Assembly (NCBI GenBank): GCA_044358215.1
Contig: JBIKOE010000001.1
Location: 8,818-72,817, forward strand
Reading direction: 5' to 3'
Length of the DNA stretch: 64,000 bases
DNA from: Crocinitomicaceae bacterium
GTDB taxonomy: Bacteria; Bacteroidota; Bacteroidia; Flavobacteriales_D; Crocinitomicaceae
Positions 48,223 through 58,388 of the stretch are shown piece after piece. The position numbers and the translations under genes are program-made. The first letter of the stretch is position 1; each line of letters begins with the position of its first letter. A model generated the notes under the pieces. That model did not search any database. It was given only the letters and a program-made list of their open reading frames with translations, and was not told the origin of the DNA.

Positions 48223-49228
48223 TGCTTAATTCAAAAAGGTGTTTTGCAATTTGAGAATTGTTTTTCGATTTACATTCAATTTGAAATTTTTTACCCAAAG
48301 GATGAATTTCCTTTTGATAGGTGTAAGTCTTGTCATAGTAAATTAAAGCTATTGAAAAAGCTTCTCGAAGCTCCCCTATTTCTATATGATTAATTGCTTT
48401 TTTTGCATGTTGAGGTCCAAGGCGCTTCGAAATTCGGTCCATACAAAATTGTAAATCTTCTTTTGAAAAAGCACCATAATCTTCCATAATTTGATCTAAA
48501 CGCAGTTCGAAGGTCTTGTCAAGAAAATAATGTGGTGCTTGACGCATTTGATTCCAAATGCCTTCTGGGATAATTCTTGCACCAACCGTTCTACTTTCAT
48601 CTTCAACCCAACAATTCTTTTTATTTGTTCTAATTAGTTGGTAGCATAGATTATTTTCAAATTGTTCCTGGCTGGGTTGCTTTTCCTTACCTAAAGCTCC
48701 AAAAGAAGAACCCCGATGATTTGCCAAACCCTCTAAATCTATTATTGCTATAGCTTTTTTATCTAACTCATCTAGAATATGTGTTTTCCCACTTCCAGTC
48801 ATTCCCCCAAGAATAGAAAAGTTATAGCTTGCCTCAAAAGATTTTATAACTTGCTGTCTGTAAGATTTATAGCCTCCTTTAATTATAGTGACTTTTAAAC
48901 CAAAAAATTCCAAGAGATACGCAAAAAAGGAACTTCTCATTCCTCCTCGCCAACAATGAATAACTATATTTTCTTTGTTTTCTACTAATTTAACAGCTTG
49001 TTTTAAGCGCTTGCTTAAATGAGGGCCAGTTAACTCTAAACCTTTTAAAATAGCATGTTTCTGCCCCGCTTGTTTAAAGGTTGTTCCAACAATTTTTCGT
49101 TCTTCTGTGTTTAAAATAGGAATGTTTACAGCACCAGGAATATGCCCTTTATCGAATTCAATTTCGCTACGAACATCAATGATGAATGAAGTATCTAATA
49201 AATCCCAGGAGAATGCAATGCTTCCCAT
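48212..49228 (-). CDS. selU: tRNA 2-selenouridine synthase
   Basis: Rhodanese domain with HCWRGGMRS, and P-loop GGMTGSGKT. The gene overlaps the selD start by 11 nt. Confidence 0.85.
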   Translation of the reverse strand: MGSIAFSWDLLDTSFIIDVRSEIEFDKGHIPGAVNIPILNTEERKIVGTTFKQAGQKHAILKGLELTGPHLSKRLKQAVKLVENKENIVIHCWRGGMRSSFFAYLLEFFGLKVTIIKGGYKSYRQQVIKSFEASYNFSILGGMTGSGKTHILDELDKKAIAIIDLEGLANHRGSSFGALGKEKQPSQEQFENNLCYQLIRTNKKNCWVEDESRTVGARIIPEGIWNQMRQAPHYFLDKTFELRLDQIMEDYGAFSKEDLQFCMDRISKRLGPQHAKKAINHIEIGELREAFSIALIYYDKTYTYQKEIHPLGKKFQIECKSKNNSQIAKHLFELSNGK

Positions 49229-49240
49229 TTTTTCTTAAAA

Positions 49241-50020
49241 TTATGCTGATTTTCTTATAAACTGAATAGAAATAGCGTTAAAAATCTCCGCTTGTTCAAT
49301 GTTTACTACGTGTCCGCAATTTGGTACGACATTTAATTCAATCCGCGGATTTAAATCTACGATCGCTTTTACAGGCTCGAGAAACATGTGATCCTCACTA
49401 CCCATTATATAAATAGTAGGTTTATTATTACTTTCATGTTCCACAAGATTAAGGTAAGTTGTTAATCTGGCAGTTAATTTAAACCAGCGATTAAATTCCT
49501 TTGTCATAAGTTTTTTTGCCTCATTAATAAACAAGACTCGAGATGTCTTATGATTCTTTTTAGGCATGATAATTCTTGCTAGCAAAGCATATAAAGTCAT
49601 GTAAGGCAGAAAAGGATTAAGTAATCTACCAATTCGTAAAAGCAACCTCGACTTAATATTTAAGCGTGTAATTGCTCCAGAGAAAATCATTGACTTAACA
49701 ATACTAGGTTTTAGGGCGAAAATTTGGTAAATTATAATTGTCCCTAAAGAAACACCAATAAAATGTGCTGAAGCTATTTTATTAAATTCTACAACCTCAA
49801 TTACATCTTGGGCAATCATTTCAAAAGAGTAATTTTTGGAAGTTTTTAAATCTTTTGATTTTCCGTGACCTCTTAAATCAATTAGCAATAGATTAAAATT
49901 TTCAGAATAGGCCTTAACTTGCTTATGCCAAATACTTGAACTGCCACCTGCACCATGGATAAAAACACACCATTCTTTACTATTTGTATTAAGTATTTTT
50001 TTGAAATATAGCATATGCAA
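49241..50020 (-). CDS. alpha/beta-fold hydrolase
   Basis: 259 aa with HGAGGS, the nucleophile elbow GVSLG, and a C-terminal GH. It lies 12 nt upstream of selU. Confidence 0.75.
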   Translation of the reverse strand: MHMLYFKKILNTNSKEWCVFIHGAGGSSSIWHKQVKAYSENFNLLLIDLRGHGKSKDLKTSKNYSFEMIAQDVIEVVEFNKIASAHFIGVSLGTIIIYQIFALKPSIVKSMIFSGAITRLNIKSRLLLRIGRLLNPFLPYMTLYALLARIIMPKKNHKTSRVLFINEAKKLMTKEFNRWFKLTARLTTYLNLVEHESNNKPTIYIMGSEDHMFLEPVKAIVDLNPRIELNVVPNCGHVVNIEQAEIFNAISIQFIRKSA

Positions 50021-50029
50021 TATTAAGCA

Positions 50030-50058
50030 AAAAAAAGGACACTCTGAATGAGTGCCCT
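50030..50058 (-). terminator. intrinsic terminator after dnaK
   Basis: The minus strand reads GGGCACTC-ATTCA-GAGTGTCC (one G-U pair) followed by T8. It starts 24 nt after the dnaK stop. Confidence 0.7.
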
Positions 50059-50081
50059 TTTCAGTTTAAAAATTTATTATA

Positions 50082-51992
50082 TTACTTTTTCTCATTTACT
50101 TCTTCAAAATCAACATCTGTAACTTCATCTTGTGGATTTGTTTCAGCACCTGAATCTGAGGAGTTTCCTGCATCTTGAGCTCCCTGAGGATTTGCTGCAT
50201 TATACATATCTTGAGAAGCTGCTTGGAATAGCGTATTTAATTTCTCCATTGCAGGCTCAAGATTTTCGATGTTACGCGCTTCAAACTCCTTTTTCAATTC
50301 AGCTAAAGCATCCTCGATAGGTTGTTTTTTATCTACTGGAATTTTATCTCCGTATTCTTTCAATTGACGCTCTGTTTGAAATATCGCAGAATCTACTTTA
50401 TTAATCAACTCAACTTCTTCACGTTTTTTATTATCTGATTCAGCATTTGCTTCTGCTTCTGCTTTCATACGCTTAATTTCTTCGTCAGATAGTCCAGAAG
50501 AAGCTTCAATCTTAATTGATTGCTCTTTTCCTGTTCCTTTATCTTTTGCAGAAATATTCATTATTCCATTTGCATCAATATCAAATGTTACTTCGATTTG
50601 AGGAACGCCTCTTTGTGCTGGTGGAATATCTGTTAATTGAAAGCGGCCTAAAGTTTTGTTATCATTTGCCATCGGTCGTTCTCCCTGTAAAACATGAATA
50701 TCGACACTTGGTTGATTATCCGAAGCCGTTGAAAACGTTTCAGACTTCTTTGTAGGTATTGTTGTATTTGCATCAATAAGCTTTGTTAAAACTCCACCCA
50801 TTGTTTCAATACCAAGTGATAAAGGAATAACATCTAGCAACAATACATCTTTTACATCTCCGGATAAAACTCCACCTTGAATTGCAGCACCAACAGCAAC
50901 AACTTCATCGGGATTTACACCTTTAGAAGGTGCTTTTCCAAAAAAGCGTTCAACAGCATCTTGTATGATTGGAATTCGTGTTGATCCACCAACTAAAATT
51001 ACTTCGTTGATGTCTTTTGGCGTTAACCCTGCATTCTTTAATGCTTTACGACATGGTTTGATAGTACGTTCAACTATTTCTGAAATCAATTGCTCAAATT
51101 TAGAACGCTGTAAAGTGCGTACTAAGTGCTTTGGAATTCCATCTACCGGCATGATATAAGGCAAATTTATTTCCGTAGAAGTTGTTGACGACAATTCAAT
51201 TTTTGCTTTCTCAGCAGCTTCTTTTAATCGTTGTAATGACATTGGATCTTGACGTAAATCTACACCCTCATCTGACTTAAATTCATCTGCTAGCCATTGA
51301 ATAATCGCATCATCTACATCATCACCACCTAAGTGCGTATCACCATCAGTAGAAAGAACTTCGAAAACACCATCTCCTAATTCTAAGATAGAAACATCAT
51401 GTGTTCCACCACCAAAGTCAAAAACAACTATTTTTTGATCGATGCCTTTTTTATCTAAACCATAAGCCAAAGCAGCTGCAGTTGGCTCATTGATGATTCT
51501 TTTAATTGTTAATCCAGCTATTTCGCCCGCTTCTTTCGTTGCCTGGCGTTGTGCATCGTTAAAATAAGCCGGAACAGTTACAACAGCTTCTGTTACTTCT
51601 TGACCTAAATAATCTTCAGCTGTTTTCTTCATTTTTTGAAGAATCATCGCTGAAATTTCTTGCGGCGAATAAAGACGATCATCTATTTTAACTCGCGGTG
51701 TATTGTTGTCACCTTTCACTACAGTGTAAGGAACTCGTCCAATTTCTTTTTTACATTCATCAAAACTAGACCCCATCATTCGCTTTATAGACGAAATTGT
51801 TTTCTCTGGATTTGTAATTGCCTGACGTTTTGCTGGATCTCCAACTTTTCGTTCACCGCCTTCTACAAATGCAACAACTGAAGGAGTTGTTCTTTTACCT
51901 TCTGAGTTCGATATAACTACCGGCTCATTTCCTTCCATAACTGAAACACATGAATTTGTTGTGCCTAAGTCAATTCCTATTATTTTTCCCAT
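50082..51992 (-). CDS. dnaK: molecular chaperone DnaK (Hsp70)
   Basis: [17 protein letters not shown]-like (DFGGGTHD) and VGGSTRIP motifs. 636 aa. Confidence 0.97.
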   Translation of the reverse strand: MGKIIGIDLGTTNSCVSVMEGNEPVVISNSEGKRTTPSVVAFVEGGERKVGDPAKRQAITNPEKTISSIKRMMGSSFDECKKEIGRVPYTVVKGDNNTPRVKIDDRLYSPQEISAMILQKMKKTAEDYLGQEVTEAVVTVPAYFNDAQRQATKEAGEIAGLTIKRIINEPTAAALAYGLDKKGIDQKIVVFDFGGGTHDVSILELGDGVFEVLSTDGDTHLGGDDVDDAIIQWLADEFKSDEGVDLRQDPMSLQRLKEAAEKAKIELSSTTSTEINLPYIMPVDGIPKHLVRTLQRSKFEQLISEIVERTIKPCRKALKNAGLTPKDINEVILVGGSTRIPIIQDAVERFFGKAPSKGVNPDEVVAVGAAIQGGVLSGDVKDVLLLDVIPLSLGIETMGGVLTKLIDANTTIPTKKSETFSTASDNQPSVDIHVLQGERPMANDNKTLGRFQLTDIPPAQRGVPQIEVTFDIDANGIMNISAKDKGTGKEQSIKIEASSGLSDEEIKRMKAEAEANAESDNKKREEVELINKVDSAIFQTERQLKEYGDKIPVDKKQPIEDALAELKKEFEARNIENLEPAMEKLNTLFQAASQDMYNAANPQGAQDAGNSSDSGAETNPQDEVTDVDFEEVNEKK

Positions 51993-52124
51993 TTTTAAAT
52001 TAATTTTTCAATTTTTACAAATTCACAATTTCAATTTATATGCCACAGTAATTTTATGCGAGAAAAATGACAAATTGATCTAATCAGTAATATATAAAGT
52101 GTCTTTTTGTCAGTCTATATGACA

Positions 52125-53348
52125 TTATTCGATTATAAACCGAATGATTTTGTTTATTGAAGGGACTTTTAAATAATACATTCCTGGAAGACAGGAAGAT
52201 GAAGTTTTTAATGATTGTGAATTATTTAAGTAAAATCCATTAATTGCTTGTCCCAACTGATTGTAAACAAAAATCTGCTTATCTGGAACTGGAGTTGAAA
52301 TAAAAATCAAATCTCCAGCTTTTAAACTTGTTGGATAAACATAACTATTACTTGTGTTTTCAAATAATTCTGATTGATCTTCTTCTAAGCGGACAACACC
52401 ACTATTATAGGTCCCCAACCATTTTACTGTTGTTGATTCAGTTGCAATTGAAAGAATATGATTTTCTGGTAAATCAGTATTTTCTGTAGAATATTGCAGC
52501 CAATTATCTCCATTTTTAATAAGAACACCATAAGAATCTGTACCCATAAATATACTTTGATTTTCATCTATAGCAATTGCATTTATACCATTTGTTGGCA
52601 AAGGTGAATTACTCATATTAAAGCGCAGCCATGGTCCTCCAAATCCTTGATCATACACCAAGCCCTGAGCCGGCGTAGCAAACCAAGGGTGATTTGTAGC
52701 ATCTACAACTATTCCAAGAGCGGAATTGTCAGGAAGACCAGATTGAACAATACTAAGAATAGTGAGTTGATTGTCAGACGAAAAATAATTTAAACCGCCA
52801 TTAATCGTTCCGATAAATTTTTCATTTTGCTGACCAATTGCAATTGAAGTAATATTATTTGTGAGTAAATTATGACTTAGGACATCCCAAGTATACCAAT
52901 TTACACGATCAAACATCGCAATTCCTTCTGAGGTAGCACACCATATATTATTTTGAGTGTCTATTGCAATGCCTCTAACTAAATAATCTGGTAAGCCCGA
53001 GTTAGTTGGATTGTAATTCTCCCAATTTAATCCATCAAAAGAATACAAGCCGCCTTGTACTGTTCCAATCCAAACTATTGTATCATTTTCGACACAGACA
53101 GCACGAATATCATCATCCAAAAGCGGGGAATTTTCTGTCGTATAAACAGACCAATTTACCCCATCAAATCTCGCAAGACCATCATCAGTTCCAAACCATT
53201 TAAATTGATTTTGAATAGCAATACAACGAACAGTATTAAAGGGTAAAGGGGAATTTGAACTAGAATAAGTCGTTATTACAGGCTGCCCATAAACAAAAAA
53301 GCTCCCAGAACATAAAAGTACTGAGAGCCATTTATAAAAACAATTCAT
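52125..53348 (-). CDS. secreted beta-propeller (two-component-regulator propeller, Reg_prop-like repeats) with a T9SS type A C-terminal domain
   Basis: Seven repeats of the form W.GT..GL..FDG.NW..Y (for example KWFGTDDGLARFDGVNWSVYT and VWIGTVQGGLYSFDGLNWENYN). The C-terminal ~75 aa end in GMYYLKVPSINKIIRFIIE. Confidence 0.75.
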   Translation of the reverse strand: MNCFYKWLSVLLCSGSFFVYGQPVITTYSSSNSPLPFNTVRCIAIQNQFKWFGTDDGLARFDGVNWSVYTTENSPLLDDDIRAVCVENDTIVWIGTVQGGLYSFDGLNWENYNPTNSGLPDYLVRGIAIDTQNNIWCATSEGIAMFDRVNWYTWDVLSHNLLTNNITSIAIGQQNEKFIGTINGGLNYFSSDNQLTILSIVQSGLPDNSALGIVVDATNHPWFATPAQGLVYDQGFGGPWLRFNMSNSPLPTNGINAIAIDENQSIFMGTDSYGVLIKNGDNWLQYSTENTDLPENHILSIATESTTVKWLGTYNSGVVRLEEDQSELFENTSNSYVYPTSLKAGDLIFISTPVPDKQIFVYNQLGQAINGFYLNNSQSLKTSSSCLPGMYYLKVPSINKIIRFIIE

Positions 53349-55462
53349 TAATCTTTTATAAAACGTTTAGTGTATGTTTTTCCTTCAAAAGTAAGATTCA
53401 TTAGGTAAATTCCTTTTGAGAAATTTTTAATATCAATCGCTTTTTTAACAAATCCATTTAGATTCTTTAAAGACTGAGATTGAATAGTTTTTCCAACAAT
53501 ATCAATAATATCGATTGTGACATCTGCATCTTTTCTAGTATTGAAATTTACTTCAAATTGACCATTGTTAGGATTAGGAAAAAGAGAAATAGAATTTTTA
53601 AATGCTACATCTTCACCAAGAGCTGCACATGATTCAACAACTGCTAAAACTTCTAAGCTTGGGCTAGTACATGTTCCATTTTCAGTAAGGATTTCCCAAT
53701 CATATAAATAATAAAAATAAGAAGCTCCTTGAGAAGATCCAGTAATAGATAAAAGCTCTGGTAATTCATAAGGGAATATTGCAGAAGAATTATTACGGTA
53801 TAAACCGGAGGTAGATCCACTAGCTGTCATGTCCTTAACTCCTAAACGCAAATTGCTATCAGCTAAAACTTGGAAATTTAAATTAACTCTGCTTTCACCA
53901 AGTGGGACAGAAGCTATTAAAGAATCAATCGTTTGCCCAATATTATCCTCCAAAACGACCGTAATATTTCTTGGAGCATCTGAATATACCAAAACTGATT
54001 TAAGTGTGAAATCCTGATGAGCAGTAAATATATTGTATTGATCTGAAGATCGATAACCTCCACCACCAATTTCATTTGTATGAGGTTCAGCAAAAGTTGA
54101 ATCCATGTATGTATCGGTGTTATTAGCGAAGAAAGAAGTAGTGGTATTTAAAACCGGAGTTATAAAACTTGCACCTGTACCAAGAAAGTTGTTTTCAGAG
54201 TCATACCATGAAATAGATCCTGTACCATTTGCTGTCAATGTCATTGAACCTTCAACACAAACAGTATCTCCAATTAGAGTTGGTGCATTTGGAACAACAC
54301 TGTTGACAATAAATGGAGCAGAAGTTGAGGTGCCACAATAGTTTGTAACAGTACAAGAATAAGGCCCCGCTTGATAAACATTTATAGTTTGGGTAGTTTC
54401 TCCAGTCGACCATAGAAAAGTAGAACCTGCAGTAGCTTTTAAGGTAACAGAACCTCCACTACATATGTTGTTAGAACCATTCGCAGAAATTAAAGGTATT
54501 TGTGGAGAATTAGCAGGATTTTGTAAAGTTAAAGTTACTGGAACTGCAGTAAAATTATTGTCTTCTCGTTCTTCTTGAAAATAATTATTTGCGTCAACCT
54601 CCATAACAATATAATAATCACCATTGCATGTATTATAAGGTACATTAATCCACATTCCTTCAAGATACTTGCTATAAACATCTGTCCACCCTGAAGAAAT
54701 TCCCTGTTCTGTAACAGAACAATTATAATTACCTCCACCCAAATTCCAATTTGGGAAATTCTCATTCAACATAAGATTTCCTTGATTATAAACTGTATTT
54801 TCATCTCTACAATGACCATAGTAAGTACTTCCTGCAGTAGTTCCACATTGACCATAATCCATAAGACAAAAACCTATTTTTGCGCCATCACCAACAATTG
54901 GCCAAGATAAGGGATTTGGATCAGAAGTTTGAATTCTGAGAGTCATTATTGCCCAATCATTAACATGATTGTGACCATGAGAAGGATGATAAGCCATGCT
55001 TCCTGTCCAAGTATCAACATAATTCATTTGGGTACTATCTTTTTTGTATACACGTTGAAGTAAAAGTTGTTTTGGATTTTGATCACCGTTTGGACAAGTA
55101 AAATCTCCAGTAGCAGAAACATTAAAAATAGTATCAGATCCACATATGAATGCTCTTTTTCCATTTTGATCTACACCTCTAACAGTAAAAGAACCATGAC
55201 CAATATTGGGAGTTGAACCTGTAACACGAAGTCTTCCATTATCTGGACCTTGACTATTTTGACTTGTGCCTGCATTCGTTTGTGGGTACTCTGTCCAACC
55301 TCCGTCAGAAATTCCTTTCCAAGAGGCTGTAATATCTGGTAAAAGCAAACAGTTTTGTGTTCCATCTTCACACACACAAGACGTAGCATTTGTTGTTGTA
55401 CACTGAGAATAGAAAAAAGTGATGTTAAAAAAAAGGATAATTGAGAGAGTAGAAAATTTCAT
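53348..55462 (-). CDS. T9SS cargo protein with an N-terminal lysyl-oxidase-like domain, Ig-like repeats and a type A C-terminal sorting domain
   Basis: Signal peptide. The LOX-like motifs are YHPSHGHNH, GAKIGFCLMD, QGISSGWTDVY and NGDYYIVMEVD...EDNNF. The C-terminus is LFPNPNNGQFEVNF...GIYLMNLTFEGKTYTKRFIKD. Confidence 0.7.
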   Translation of the reverse strand: MKFSTLSIILFFNITFFYSQCTTTNATSCVCEDGTQNCLLLPDITASWKGISDGGWTEYPQTNAGTSQNSQGPDNGRLRVTGSTPNIGHGSFTVRGVDQNGKRAFICGSDTIFNVSATGDFTCPNGDQNPKQLLLQRVYKKDSTQMNYVDTWTGSMAYHPSHGHNHVNDWAIMTLRIQTSDPNPLSWPIVGDGAKIGFCLMDYGQCGTTAGSTYYGHCRDENTVYNQGNLMLNENFPNWNLGGGNYNCSVTEQGISSGWTDVYSKYLEGMWINVPYNTCNGDYYIVMEVDANNYFQEEREDNNFTAVPVTLTLQNPANSPQIPLISANGSNNICSGGSVTLKATAGSTFLWSTGETTQTINVYQAGPYSCTVTNYCGTSTSAPFIVNSVVPNAPTLIGDTVCVEGSMTLTANGTGSISWYDSENNFLGTGASFITPVLNTTTSFFANNTDTYMDSTFAEPHTNEIGGGGYRSSDQYNIFTAHQDFTLKSVLVYSDAPRNITVVLEDNIGQTIDSLIASVPLGESRVNLNFQVLADSNLRLGVKDMTASGSTSGLYRNNSSAIFPYELPELLSITGSSQGASYFYYLYDWEILTENGTCTSPSLEVLAVVESCAALGEDVAFKNSISLFPNPNNGQFEVNFNTRKDADVTIDIIDIVGKTIQSQSLKNLNGFVKKAIDIKNFSKGIYLMNLTFEGKTYTKRFIKD

Positions 55463-55536
55463 AGTTTATATTTTGTAAAATTTATTTCAGTTATAAATTT
55501 AAATATTTTATTTTTCGTACAACAAAAAAAAAGAAC

Positions 55537-56580
55537 TTATGTTTTTCTCAGGTCATATTCTTTAAAAAGTTGTTCTGCGGCAATAAATGCTGAAAGCTTT
55601 CCATTTGCAACTTTTTGCTCAGCAATTAAGAATTTATTTTTCCATTTATCATTCCCAAAAAAATCTTGCTTTAAAAGGTTTGAAAGACATTCTTTTAGAA
55701 GAGTGATTTCCTGTAATCTTCGATTTTCATCGAGCCAAGCACTTAGGATTATTTTATTAAAATAATTTTCAGTTGCTACCAAAACTTCTTGTAATCCGAC
55801 TCCTGACACACTACTTGAAATTAGTGCTTGAGTAGTCCAAGAACTGGGCTTACTTGGAAATAAATGAAGTGCATTTGCATATTGACTTCTAGCATTCTTG
55901 GCATTTTGCAAATTATCTCCATCAGCTTTTGTTATAACTAAAAGATCTGCCATTTCCATTATCCCTCTTTTAATTCCTTGAAGTTCGTCTCCAGCTCCAG
56001 ACAACATTAAAAGTAAAAAGAAATCAACCATTGAATGAACTACAGTTTCAGATTGACCAACACCAACTGTTTCAATAAAAATAATATCAAAGCCAGCAGC
56101 TTCACAAAGTAAAATTGCCTCTCGTGTATTGAGAGCAACTCCACCCAAATTATTTCGTGATGCACTTGGACGAATAAATACATTCTCTTGTTGTGAGAGC
56201 CAAGGCATTCGTGTTTTATCTCCTAATATACTTCCGCCAGAAACATTCGAAGAGGGATCAATTGCCAAAACAGCCAATTTCAATCCTTTTTCTAAAATTA
56301 TTTTTCCGAAAGCTTCAATAAAAGTACTTTTTCCAACCCCTGGAACACCTGTTATTCCAATTCTCCATGCTTTCTTATTGAGATCCGAACAACTTTTAAT
56401 TAATTTATTAGCTTCTTTTCTATCCTCTGAAACCTGACTTTCTACTAAAGTAATAGCAGAACTTAAAGCTCCACGATTTCCGCTAATTAGTGCAGGAAAG
56501 AGCAAAGCAGCTGACAAACTTTGTTTGTGAGTTTTTCGTTTGTAAAACCAATCATCCAATTGTTTTTGACTAGGCATCAA
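55537..56580 (-). CDS. meaB: MeaB/ArgK-family G3E GTPase (methylmalonyl-CoA mutase-associated metallochaperone)
   Basis: GVPGVGKST, DPSS..SGGSILGDKTRM, ETVGVGQSE and TKADG motifs. Confidence 0.85.
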   Translation of the reverse strand: MMPSQKQLDDWFYKRKTHKQSLSAALLFPALISGNRGALSSAITLVESQVSEDRKEANKLIKSCSDLNKKAWRIGITGVPGVGKSTFIEAFGKIILEKGLKLAVLAIDPSSNVSGGSILGDKTRMPWLSQQENVFIRPSASRNNLGGVALNTREAILLCEAAGFDIIFIETVGVGQSETVVHSMVDFFLLLMLSGAGDELQGIKRGIMEMADLLVITKADGDNLQNAKNARSQYANALHLFPSKPSSWTTQALISSSVSGVGLQEVLVATENYFNKIILSAWLDENRRLQEITLLKECLSNLLKQDFFGNDKWKNKFLIAEQKVANGKLSAFIAAEQLFKEYDLRKT

Positions 56581-56587
56581 AGGATTT

Positions 56588-57712
56588 TTACTTATTCAAA
56601 ACTAAGTTACGATAAATTTCCTCGTAAAGAGGTAGTATTTTCTCCAAACTAAATTCCTTGGATCGTTCTTTTGCATTGATTTTAAAGGTGGGTAAATTAT
56701 CTGGATGAAGTAATTGAATCATATTTTTAGCCATATCTTCAACATCACCAACATTTGATAAATATCCAGAATAACCATGAATATTTACTTCTGGAATTCC
56801 TCCGGTATTTGAGGATATAACAGGAACTCCAACTGCCATTGCTTCCAATGCAGCAAGTCCAAAACTCTCTGTTTCCGATGGTAAAAGGAAAACATCTGCA
56901 ATTTCAAGTACATGAGTTGTATCTCTAACTTTTCCTAAGAAAATAACCTTATCGCACAAATTGAATTCGCGGCATAAGCGCTCACACAAATAGCGTTCTG
57001 GACCGTCACCAACTAGAATCAACTTTGAAGGAATAGCTTTATTAAGCAAAGCGAAAACACGTACAACATCATCAACACGCTTGACTTTTCTAAAATTAGA
57101 AATATGACAAACTATGCGCTCTCCATCTGAAGCATATTTTAGACGCATGTGTTCTGAAAAGACTGATTTTTCGGATTCTGGGACAACAAAATTTGAAATA
57201 ACATGAATATCTCTCGTTATTTTAAAATGCTCAAAAGTTGCTGCTTTTAAACTTTCAGAAACAGCAGTGACAGCATCTGATTCATTTATACAAAACGTAA
57301 TTACCGGCTCAAATGATGGGTCCCGACCAACTAAGGTAATATCTGTTCCATGAAGGGTTGTAACAAACGGAATATTAATCCCATGAGATTTTAATATCTG
57401 CTTTGCCATAAAAGCAGCAGATGCATGAGGGATTGCATAATGAACATGTAAAATATCCAGTTTTTCAAAACGGACCACATCCACCATTTTACTCGCTAAC
57501 TCCGTTTCATAAGGTTGAAATTCAAAAAGTGGGTAATCAGAAACTACAACCTCATGGTAAAAAATATTCTCTCGAAAACTTCCAAGTCTAACAGGTTGTG
57601 AATAAGTAATAAAATGAATCTCATGACCTTTTAGAGCCAATGCTTTTCCTAATTCTGTTCCAACTACACCGCTCCCACCGAATGTTGGGTAAAGCACCAT
57701 TCCGATTTTCAT
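56588..57712 (-). CDS. bshA: N-acetyl-alpha-D-glucosaminyl L-malate synthase (bacillithiol step 1)
   Basis: Collinear with B. subtilis BshA as I recall it: KIG...YP..GGSG...[55 protein letters not shown]. Confidence 0.85.
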   Translation of the reverse strand: MKIGMVLYPTFGGSGVVGTELGKALALKGHEIHFITYSQPVRLGSFRENIFYHEVVVSDYPLFEFQPYETELASKMVDVVRFEKLDILHVHYAIPHASAAFMAKQILKSHGINIPFVTTLHGTDITLVGRDPSFEPVITFCINESDAVTAVSESLKAATFEHFKITRDIHVISNFVVPESEKSVFSEHMRLKYASDGERIVCHISNFRKVKRVDDVVRVFALLNKAIPSKLILVGDGPERYLCERLCREFNLCDKVIFLGKVRDTTHVLEIADVFLLPSETESFGLAALEAMAVGVPVISSNTGGIPEVNIHGYSGYLSNVGDVEDMAKNMIQLLHPDNLPTFKINAKERSKEFSLEKILPLYEEIYRNLVLNK

Positions 57713-57716
57713 ATAA

Positions 57717-58298
57717 CTATTTTAATTTAAAAAGGAATGTTAAGCGATAAATAAGAGGATAAATTTTTGTAATCACGCCGGCTTGGTTTTTTTGTTTGAA
57801 AAAGTATGAACTTCGGAAAGGACTATTATCAGCATTGATAACATCGTAAAGAATTCCTGCATTAATTCCAATTACATTATTTACTCGAACTAAAAAACCA
57901 CCACCAATGAATAAAGTTGGCGCCCATTTCTTTGCAGTAACATTTTGAAAATTTATGTCAACAAAAGGACTTCTTAAATATTCAAATTCGACTGCACCAA
58001 AAACAGTACTTTTTCCTTTTGATTTATATCGAATATGTGCAAAAGCACCACCACCATATACAGTTTGAGAGAAAGAATTACCCAGCAAATTTGACCAATT
58101 TCGTTGAATTCTAAAAGACGGTCCAACAGCAATGTTTTCATTCAAAATAAAACCAAATTTTGGCCCAATTCCAAAAGATCCACCCTGATTAGATGCTCCA
58201 AAATAACCTTCAATACCCAATTCCTGAGAGGTAATCTCTGTTTGAGCTAATAAGTCTTGAGTAGAGATAATTATGAATAGGAAAAACAACTTTTTCAT
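57717..58298 (-). CDS. small outer-membrane beta-barrel protein (OmpW/OmpX-like size)
   Basis: 193 aa with a signal peptide (LLAQ), Gly/aromatic-rich alternating strands, and a C-terminal F-x-L-K. Confidence 0.55.
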   Translation of the reverse strand: MKKLFFLFIIISTQDLLAQTEITSQELGIEGYFGASNQGGSFGIGPKFGFILNENIAVGPSFRIQRNWSNLLGNSFSQTVYGGGAFAHIRYKSKGKSTVFGAVEFEYLRSPFVDINFQNVTAKKWAPTLFIGGGFLVRVNNVIGINAGILYDVINADNSPFRSSYFFKQKNQAGVITKIYPLIYRLTFLFKLK

Positions 58299-58388
58299 AT
58301 AATTATATTTAAGTTAATTTGATATATAACTGGTAAAACAATTTACACAAAGATAAGTTCTTTTGGGGCAATCCAAATAACTTCTTTC

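Noticed and set aside
50030-50058. The GCACTC...GAGTG inverted repeat near dnaK resembles CIRCE half-sites (HrcA operator).
   Set aside because: It lies downstream of dnaK, not upstream. It has a 5-nt rather than 9-nt spacer and is followed by T8, so it is an intrinsic terminator. I saw no CIRCE in 51993-52124 upstream of dnaK.
54535-55389. Two same-strand, alternative-frame ORFs (76 and 72 aa) inside the LOX-like gene, and plus-strand ORFs at 53829-54341.
   Set aside because: The main frame has a continuous domain architecture from signal peptide to T9SS tail, and the alternatives have no motifs.
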